Assembly: GCA_021806615.1 (NCBI GenBank)
Contig: JAJZRB010000001.1
Span: 10,754 to 74,753, forward strand
DNA length: 64,000 nt
Source of the DNA: a bacterium
GTDB lineage: Bacteria; Patescibacteriota; Patescibacteriia; Patescibacteriales; UBA12465
Reading direction: 5' to 3'
Shown: in pieces, positions 58,314 to 64,000 of the stretch
Position numbering within the stretch: the first letter of the stretch is position 1
How the letters are laid out: each line of letters starts with the position of its first letter
Notes under the pieces: model-generated
Seen by the model: only the letters and a program-made list of their open reading frames with translations
What the model was told of the DNA's origin: nothing
Database searches by the model: none
Translations under genes and position numbers: made by a program

Positions 58314-59753
58314 TTATTTGTCAACAGCCATCAGTTCGACTAGCTCCTCCCGGACAACGTCCCGTTCATCCCAGGGAATTCTCTTTCCTTGAGCTAAACA
58401 GATAGATTGCTCGGCCCCCTTGCCTGTGAATAAGACTAAATCATCTTTTTTAGCTAATGATAGCGCTTTTCTTATTGCTTCTTGGCGATCTAAGATTTTG
58501 AATAAATCCGTATTGATCGTCTTCCCGGCCATTTCCGCGCCAGAAGCAACCTGGTTGATAATAGTAGCGGGGTCCTCATCATAAGGATCCTCATTCGTAA
58601 CGATTACAAAATCAGCCTTTTCCGCGGCTAAACGGCCTAAGATCGGACGCCTGGACTTGTCCCGGCCGCCGCCGGTTGAACCTAAAAGATGGATTATCCT
58701 CTGATGCGGTATCAGTTCTAAAATCTCATATAGCTTCTCCAGAGCTTTGGGTTCAAAAGAATAATCAACGATAACCGTAAAATCTTGTCCGGCTTCAATC
58801 TTTTCTAATTTCCCGGCTAGTCCCCTGACATCCTCCAATCCGGTTTTGATATCAGCTAAGCTAATACCTTGGTTCAGGCCTACCGCGGCGGCCAATAAAG
58901 CATTGGTGGCGTTAAACCCGCCTAATAAACTTAAGCTTATCCGCTGGCCGTTGATAACTACTCGCGTTCCATCGGCCGACGCTTCTACTCCGGATCCTCT
59001 CACCAGAGTAAAGTCCCTGACTATCGTTTCACTATTCAGTTTTTTTAAAAATATTTCCGGCGTGATATCCGGCCTGAAAGAACAGGCTATCTTGGCCTCG
59101 CTCCAAAAATTTAAAAAATAATCGGCGCTGTCGTCGTCGCCATTGACGATTATGGTCTTAGCGACGCGAGTCAAATCCAATTTCTTAAGCTCGCTCAGAG
59201 GGCGCACTACTTGATGATCGCTATCCATGTATTTGACCCGGCCTCTTTTCAGGCGGGCGAATAGCCGTCCCTTGGTCTCTTTGTAACGATCGAAGGAGCC
59301 GTGCGCCTCAATGTGCTCCGGATAAAGGCTGGTAAAAACAAGGATGTCATAAGAGATAAAACGGTGGCGGAACTGCTTGATTCCTTCGGATGTCGTTTCC
59401 ACGATAGCATAGCGGCAATTATTCTTGACCATTTGCCGCAAAAGACGGGCGATGAAAAAACGCCCCGGCATAGTCATCTTCTTATCGTTCAGCCATTCCC
59501 GCTGGCCATCGGAAAAAACAGCCGTAGAGGTAAAGCCGGTCTTATAGCCGGCTTCCGTAAGCAGGCGGGCGATCAAATAGACGACCGAGGTCTTGCCGGC
59601 TGTTCCAGTGACGCCGATGACTACTAATTTCCGGCTGGGAAAACGATAAATCAGGGCGGCCAACCAGCTCAAAATAAAATGGTAAGGCGGCTGTAGGGCG
59701 CCGAAGATACGCCGCGGAATCATTTTTTTCACTTTATCTAGCATATCCGTCAT
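58314..59753 (-). CDS. Mur ligase family protein (MurE-like UDP-N-acetylmuramoyl-peptide ligase)
   Basis: 479-aa ORF with the P-loop VIGVTGTAGKTSV. Central and C-terminal Mur ligase blocks are present (NATNALLAAAV, GGGRD). The substrate cannot be assigned from sequence alone. Confidence 0.8.
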   Translation of the reverse strand: MTDMLDKVKKMIPRRIFGALQPPYHFILSWLAALIYRFPSRKLVVIGVTGTAGKTSVVYLIARLLTEAGYKTGFTSTAVFSDGQREWLNDKKMTMPGRFFIARLLRQMVKNNCRYAIVETTSEGIKQFRHRFISYDILVFTSLYPEHIEAHGSFDRYKETKGRLFARLKRGRVKYMDSDHQVVRPLSELKKLDLTRVAKTIIVNGDDDSADYFLNFWSEAKIACSFRPDITPEIFLKKLNSETIVRDFTLVRGSGVEASADGTRVVINGQRISLSLLGGFNATNALLAAAVGLNQGISLADIKTGLEDVRGLAGKLEKIEAGQDFTVIVDYSFEPKALEKLYEILELIPHQRIIHLLGSTGGGRDKSRRPILGRLAAEKADFVIVTNEDPYDEDPATIINQVASGAEMAGKTINTDLFKILDRQEAIRKALSLAKKDDLVLFTGKGAEQSICLAQGKRIPWDERDVVREELVELMAVDK

Positions 59754-59771
59754 TATAGCAGAGACCGGCGG

Positions 59772-59797
59772 ATAAAAAAACTCCCGAAAATCGGAAG
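59772..59797 (-). terminator. rho-independent terminator after the anti-sigma-like gene
   Basis: The minus strand reads ACTTCCG-ATTTT-CGGGAGT (a 7-bp stem with one G-U pair) followed by TTTTTTTA. It begins about 60 nt after the stop at 59857. Confidence 0.65.
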
Positions 59798-59856
59798 TTT
59801 CTTAAACAGGGTGTAAACTGAGTCTGAGCGGCGCTAAAAATCACTAGAACTTTATA

Positions 59857-61059
59857 TCAATAGACGATACGATAGTCCGTCACTTCATAAACTTTCCCGG
59901 AGAAAGCGTCAATAACGACAGTCTGGCCGTTAAATTCCGATAAACGGTTAGACACCGTCCAGACATAATTGTTAATATTGCCATAATACCAATGTAAGCT
60001 GGTCTGCCATTCCTTTATTCCTTTAGCCAAACCGGCTTGAGCGGCGATTTTTATAGCCTCTGATTCGACGATGACAGCCGGGAGTTGATGAGTATTATCA
60101 GGCGGCGCGATATCCTCTCCTTTCTGTGTGTCGCCGGCGCTGAGCTCTGTTTTCCTCGGCTCCGATTCAGTTTCAGTTTCTGACCCTTCATCGCTCGAAC
60201 GGTCTCTTTCGTCCTCTTCCGGAGCGGACATAGAATTATTCCCAGGCATAACCACCGTTCCGCTCTTAATACCAGTAACAGGTCGGCTGCTTACGGTGCT
60301 TACAGCTTCCGGACCTTCTATCCCTTCGGCTTGCTCCGGAGCGGAAACCGCTATCTGGCCTTCGGCTTGAAAATCAGGAATAATAGATTTCACCCTCTCT
60401 AAAGAAGTATTAGTTTTATTCAAGGCTAAAACCTGATTTTCAGCTATCGCCGTCCGATAATCAAGGGGGGCCTGCGCTTTAATATCATTTAAAACGGCCT
60501 GCTGGGTGGAAACTGCTTGCGCCAGGCTGCTGGCCGCGGCAGCTATTTGCGGGACGACGTGCGCATTATCGATGTCCGCCATATACTCTTGGGCTTGCTG
60601 TAAATTATCTTGATATCTTTTCAAGGTTTCGTCGACGATGGCTTTAGTCGCCATCCCCTCTTTCTGCATGGCCTGGATCTCCTGCAGCCGTTTTCCGGCC
60701 GAAGCTGTCTGGAGCTCGACTTTCTGCAAATTATCAAGGGCGGCAATGGTGCGCACATTTTCTACCAGAAGTTTCACGGGATAAAGCGCGCTCGTCGGCA
60801 GGCTGTTCTGAGAAGCGGTCACGATCCCCCCGCCTGCTACTAGGCTCACGATGATGGACACAATGGCTATCGGCATAGGTTTTAATATTAGTTTATTAAA
60901 AGATACCCACTGCCTATTTTGACGTTCGGCTACAGAATTTCTTACCGGATTATGCCTGATAAAGTCCTGTAAATCTTTCCGGCCTTTGACCAGCCAAGCT
61001 TCATCAGCCGATAGAGCGTGAAGGTTCCTAATATATTGGATGATTTTATTTTTTTTCAT
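59857..61059 (-). CDS. membrane-anchored anti-sigma-like protein (DUF5667-like region, acidic linker, C-terminal PepSY-like domain)
   Basis: The ORF-track start at 61068 is TTG and the first ATG is at 61059 (MKKNKIIQ...). It has one TM segment (PIAIVSIIVSLVAGGGIV). LPTSALYPVKLLVENVR follows (the DUF5667 signature as I recall it). The C-terminus WTVSNRLSEFNGQTVVIDAFSGKVYEV looks PepSY-like. It lies directly downstream of the sigma gene. Confidence 0.6.
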   Translation of the reverse strand: MKKNKIIQYIRNLHALSADEAWLVKGRKDLQDFIRHNPVRNSVAERQNRQWVSFNKLILKPMPIAIVSIIVSLVAGGGIVTASQNSLPTSALYPVKLLVENVRTIAALDNLQKVELQTASAGKRLQEIQAMQKEGMATKAIVDETLKRYQDNLQQAQEYMADIDNAHVVPQIAAAASSLAQAVSTQQAVLNDIKAQAPLDYRTAIAENQVLALNKTNTSLERVKSIIPDFQAEGQIAVSAPEQAEGIEGPEAVSTVSSRPVTGIKSGTVVMPGNNSMSAPEEDERDRSSDEGSETETESEPRKTELSAGDTQKGEDIAPPDNTHQLPAVIVESEAIKIAAQAGLAKGIKEWQTSLHWYYGNINNYVWTVSNRLSEFNGQTVVIDAFSGKVYEVTDYRIVY

Positions 61060-61064
61060 ATGAG

Positions 61065-61619
61065 TCAAGCTAAAAGCTTTTTGAGATCCTTAAGCGCCCG
61101 ATGAAGCCCGACATATACGGCATTAGAAGATTTACCGCTTACTTCGGCTATTTCCGAGATTGATAAATCATCAAAATAACGCCAGATGATTAATTTCTGC
61201 TGATCTTCCGTGAGCCGCGCTAATGATTTCTTGACCTGGCTGACAGCCGAGCCTTGATCTATCTCCTCAGAGTAAGACGGTTCAATGGCCAATTTCCTTT
61301 CTAGATCATGGCTCGGATCATCATCCAGGGAAATATTCTTCCGCTCTGATTTACGATAATAATCAGACAGCAGATTATCGGCTATCCGATATAAAAAAGC
61401 ATTGAGGTTATCGATCTTATTCTCTCCGCCCATGAGATACTGCCAGACTTTATAAAAAACCTGCTGGGTCATATCTTCGGCCGTTTCGCGGGAATTGAGG
61501 CGATAAGAAAGATGGCGCAATAATTGAATGGCGTAAAAATCATACATCTGCAAGAATGCTTTCTCGTCGCCCCTATTAATCTGCACCAAAAATTCTGATT
61601 TTTTGAAATAATCCTTCAT
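61065..61619 (-). CDS. RNA polymerase sigma factor, sigma-70 family (ECF-like, regions 2 and 4 only)
   Basis: 184-aa ORF. The region-2-like segment is AEDMTQQVFYKVWQYL. The region-4 helix-turn-helix is LSISEIAEVSGKSSNAVYVGLHRALKDLKKLL. Confidence 0.85.
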   Translation of the reverse strand: MKDYFKKSEFLVQINRGDEKAFLQMYDFYAIQLLRHLSYRLNSRETAEDMTQQVFYKVWQYLMGGENKIDNLNAFLYRIADNLLSDYYRKSERKNISLDDDPSHDLERKLAIEPSYSEEIDQGSAVSQVKKSLARLTEDQQKLIIWRYFDDLSISEIAEVSGKSSNAVYVGLHRALKDLKKLLA

Positions 61620-61653
61620 TTTATATATGACGTCTTAAACAATTAAATCTTAC

Positions 61654-61684
61654 AGAAAAGTCCTCCGCGTTAGCGGAGGACTTC
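61654..61684 (-). terminator. rho-independent terminator after ftsK
   Basis: A perfect 10-bp stem AGTCCTCCGC-gtta-GCGGAGGACT lies at 61659-61682. On the minus strand it is followed by TTTTCTGT. It begins 13 nt after the ftsK stop. Confidence 0.8.
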
Positions 61685-61694
61685 TGAAATAAGA

Positions 61695-64000
61695 TTATTT
61701 CGAGAAAAACATCTCGTCATCATCCTCCAGGGGATTATGCTTCCCCGGCGGATTATCACGCTTAGCGGGCGAGGCCTCGGACGACCGGGCCGGCTCTGAA
61801 TCGGGCGCTTGCCCATTATTATTTTCTTCTCTGATTTCTTCTAAGATCTCATCCTCGTCTTCAATCGCTTCTTCCTCTTCGTCCGGAGTCAACGTCAATT
61901 CTTCCTTTATTTCCTCTTCTTCCGCCGAGCTCATCCCTGCCGCCTCATTGGCGGGGATATCAATCGCCTCATCTTCCCCGGTAAAGACCAAGGTGCCGTC
62001 GTTTCCTTCTTCGCCATCCTCTTCATTATCATCGCCTAAATAGGCATCGGGGGCATTCGCTTCGCGGCGGTTATGCAAAGGCATGGCGCTCAGAGGACTC
62101 GCGCCCATAGCTTCATATTGCTCCAGGCTGATTAGAACTTCACGCGGCTTGGCTCCGTTAGACGGGCCGATAATGCCGGCTTCTTCTAGCATGTCTAGAA
62201 TTTTAGCGGCGCGGCCATAGCCGATAGACAGGCGGCGTTGGAGCATGGAAGTGGAAGCCTTTCCGGCCTTTACAATAATCGCCTTAGCCTCTTCAAACAA
62301 TTCATCTTCATCGCCGTGATTCCCGTCCAAACCGACGCCGGCGTTCCCGCCGACTTTCTGGCGATCGGTCACGCCTTCCAAGTACTCCGCCGGACCGCTC
62401 TTGTCTTTAATATAATTGACGACATCGTTAATTTCGCTGTCGCTCAAATAAGCGCCTTGGATCCTTTTCGGTTTGGAAAATTCCGCGCACATGAACAGCA
62501 TGTCGCCCTGGCCTAATAATTTTTCCGCGCCGGAAGAATCCAGGATCGTTTTCGAGTCCACTAAAGAGGCGACCGAAAAAGCGATGCGTGTCGGCACATT
62601 GGCTTTGATTAGTCCGGTGATGACATCTACGCTCGGACGCTGGGTAGCCAAGATGAGATGAATGCCGATGGCGCGCGACATCTGCGCCAGACGAATGATG
62701 GCTGCCTCCATATCCTTGCCGGAAGTCATCATGAAATCAGCTAATTCATCGATTATAAAGACGATATAGGGCAGCTTCTCCTTACTGACGGCATTATAAG
62801 ACTGGATATTGCGCTTTCCGGATTTATTGAGGATATCGTAACGGCGCTCCATTTCGTTCAAACACCATTTCAAGGCGTTGATCGTCTTATTGACATCGGT
62901 TATTACCGGCGTCAAAAGATGGGGGATGCCATTATAAGTCGGGAGTTCCACCCGTTTCGGGTCGACCATGATAAAACGCAAATCATCCGGATTATTTTGA
63001 TAAAGCAGGCTGACAATAATAGCGTTCAGGCAAACTGATTTGCCGGAATTAGTGGCGCCGGCCACCAGGAGATGAGGCATCTTCGTCAGATCATAGAGCC
63101 AGGCCGTACCGGCGACATCCTTGCCCAAGGCCACATAAAGATTGTTCTTACGGCTCTTGAAAACGCTATCTTCTAAGATCTCGCGCAAACCGACGATCGC
63201 TTTAGCCCGATTTGGCACTTCTACGCCGACGAGGGATTTCCCTGGTATCGGCGCTTCAATCCGGATAGGGTGGGCCGCTAAAGCCAGGGAGAGGTCATTG
63301 TTCAGAGTAGTGATACGGGACAGCTTAACGCCTTCAGCCGGGCGGAAAGTATACTGGGTAACAGTCGGACCGACTTTAGTTTCTCCCATTTCCACATCAA
63401 TGCCAAACTTTTCTAAAGTTTTCTGGATTTTCTGCGCGTTCAGTTCGGTGTCTCCGCCGATAGCTTTGCCTGATTTATTATTCAAGAGCTCGAGAGGCAT
63501 GTCTAATTTTATGGACCGTTTCGGCCAGGCGATTTTCTCTTGAATTTTCGGCTTATCTTTTTTAACCGCTGCTAGATTAGGGATTTCATCCTCATCTTCT
63601 TCTACTATTTCCAAACGGGCCGGAAGTTCTTTCTCCTGCCAAGCGTTAAGAATCTCTTCCCGAGCTTCACTCACATATTTCTGGCCTTCATTTTCAGTCT
63701 CTCCCTCTCCAGAGTCGGAGAATAAGCCCCGGAAAAACCAAGAAAAAGGTCGGGCCAATTTAGCAAAAAGGCTTTCCTGGCCTATCAGACGTGATAAAGA
63801 GGTATTGAATACTAAAACCAAAGCTATGAGCAGGCAAGCGGCCAGCACCAGAACCCCTCCCCAGAAGCCAAAGACATAAAAAAATAAACGGCTTAAATAC
63901 CATCCGACATAGCCGCCGCCGACCCCGACCGCCGCCGATCTTTCCCAGTCAAGAGGGGATATAAAAAAATGAAAAAGCGTCTGATAAGAAATAAACAAGA
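61695..64000 (-). CDS. ftsK: DNA translocase FtsK (N-terminus truncated by the window edge), with a long acidic C-terminal tail
   Basis: Walker A LLVAGATNSGKS and the RecA-like motor are present, as is the gamma winged-helix SMLQRRLSIGYGRAAKILDMLEEAGIIGP. The frame is still open at 63998 (non-ATG codon), so the true start is beyond the window. Confidence 0.9.
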   Translation of the reverse strand, partial: LFISYQTLFHFFISPLDWERSAAVGVGGGYVGWYLSRLFFYVFGFWGGVLVLAACLLIALVLVFNTSLSRLIGQESLFAKLARPFSWFFRGLFSDSGEGETENEGQKYVSEAREEILNAWQEKELPARLEIVEEDEDEIPNLAAVKKDKPKIQEKIAWPKRSIKLDMPLELLNNKSGKAIGGDTELNAQKIQKTLEKFGIDVEMGETKVGPTVTQYTFRPAEGVKLSRITTLNNDLSLALAAHPIRIEAPIPGKSLVGVEVPNRAKAIVGLREILEDSVFKSRKNNLYVALGKDVAGTAWLYDLTKMPHLLVAGATNSGKSVCLNAIIVSLLYQNNPDDLRFIMVDPKRVELPTYNGIPHLLTPVITDVNKTINALKWCLNEMERRYDILNKSGKRNIQSYNAVSKEKLPYIVFIIDELADFMMTSGKDMEAAIIRLAQMSRAIGIHLILATQRPSVDVITGLIKANVPTRIAFSVASLVDSKTILDSSGAEKLLGQGDMLFMCAEFSKPKRIQGAYLSDSEINDVVNYIKDKSGPAEYLEGVTDRQKVGGNAGVGLDGNHGDEDELFEEAKAIIVKAGKASTSMLQRRLSIGYGRAAKILDMLEEAGIIGPSNGAKPREVLISLEQYEAMGASPLSAMPLHNRREANAPDAYLGDDNEEDGEEGNDGTLVFTGEDEAIDIPANEAAGMSSAEEEEIKEELTLTPDEEEEAIEDEDEILEEIREENNNGQAPDSEPARSSEASPAKRDNPPGKHNPLEDDDEMFFSK

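Noticed and set aside
1-64000. I looked for CRISPR arrays, transposases, integrases, prophage genes, toxin-antitoxin pairs, rRNA and tRNA genes, and for alternative genetic code usage.
   Set aside because: None were seen. There are no spaced direct-repeat arrays, and non-coding stretches are too short or lack cloverleaf potential. All large conserved genes read through with TGA, TAA and TAG as stops, and TGA is demonstrably used as a stop at the ATGA junctions. This was visual inspection only, so tRNAscan, Infernal and defence-system HMM scans would be needed to be sure.

Overview
The 64-kb window is almost entirely coding (about 50 genes) and carries no rRNA, tRNA, CRISPR array, transposase or integrase that I can see. 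The code is standard: TGA and TAA act as stops, and long conserved genes such as rpoB, rpoC and leuS read through cleanly. Gene content suggests a small-genome, fermentative, Candidate-Phyla-Radiation/Patescibacteria-like bacterium. This is inferred from a 4-subunit pyruvate:ferredoxin oxidoreductase plus ADP-forming acetyl-CoA synthetase, a compact rpoB, a giant Cys-rich surface protein and T4SS-pilin-like hairpin proteins.

There are three strand blocks:
- 1-32323: 22 co-directional minus-strand genes.
- 32376-38669: plus strand.
- 38720-64000: minus strand.

Housekeeping calls I am confident of are metK, ahcY, a PfkB kinase, rsmA, leuS, xth, porCDAB, rnhA, recJ, lepA, murJ, ADP-forming acetyl-CoA synthetase, rpoC, rpoB, a Mur-family ligase, a sigma/anti-sigma pair and ftsK (5' end cut by the window).

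Three accessory loci stand out:
- (A) 175-11407 is a tight operon of six divergent paralogues. Each ends in the swivelling phosphohistidine domain of PEP-utilising enzymes, yet lacks both the ATP-grasp and the PEP/pyruvate TIM-barrel partner domains. They are interleaved with a histidine-phosphatase-superfamily gene and two HAD-like phosphatases, and sit directly downstream of a nucleotidyltransferase and SAM-cycle genes. This is my best candidate for an undescribed system.
- (B) 15348-28194 is a surface locus. It holds a 2630-aa Cys-rich secreted protein, an ~8-TM VirB6/TrbL-like protein, a small membrane protein and a thrombospondin-type-3-repeat protein.
- (C) 32376-38669 is a por operon preceded by a DsbA-like gene with a CPYS active site. 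The operon is interrupted and extended by two paralogous pilin-like hairpin proteins carrying Cys-rich modules, one fused to an M15 peptidase. Each is joined to the preceding POR subunit gene by an ATGA overlap.

All homology statements come from motif recognition by eye. No searches were run.
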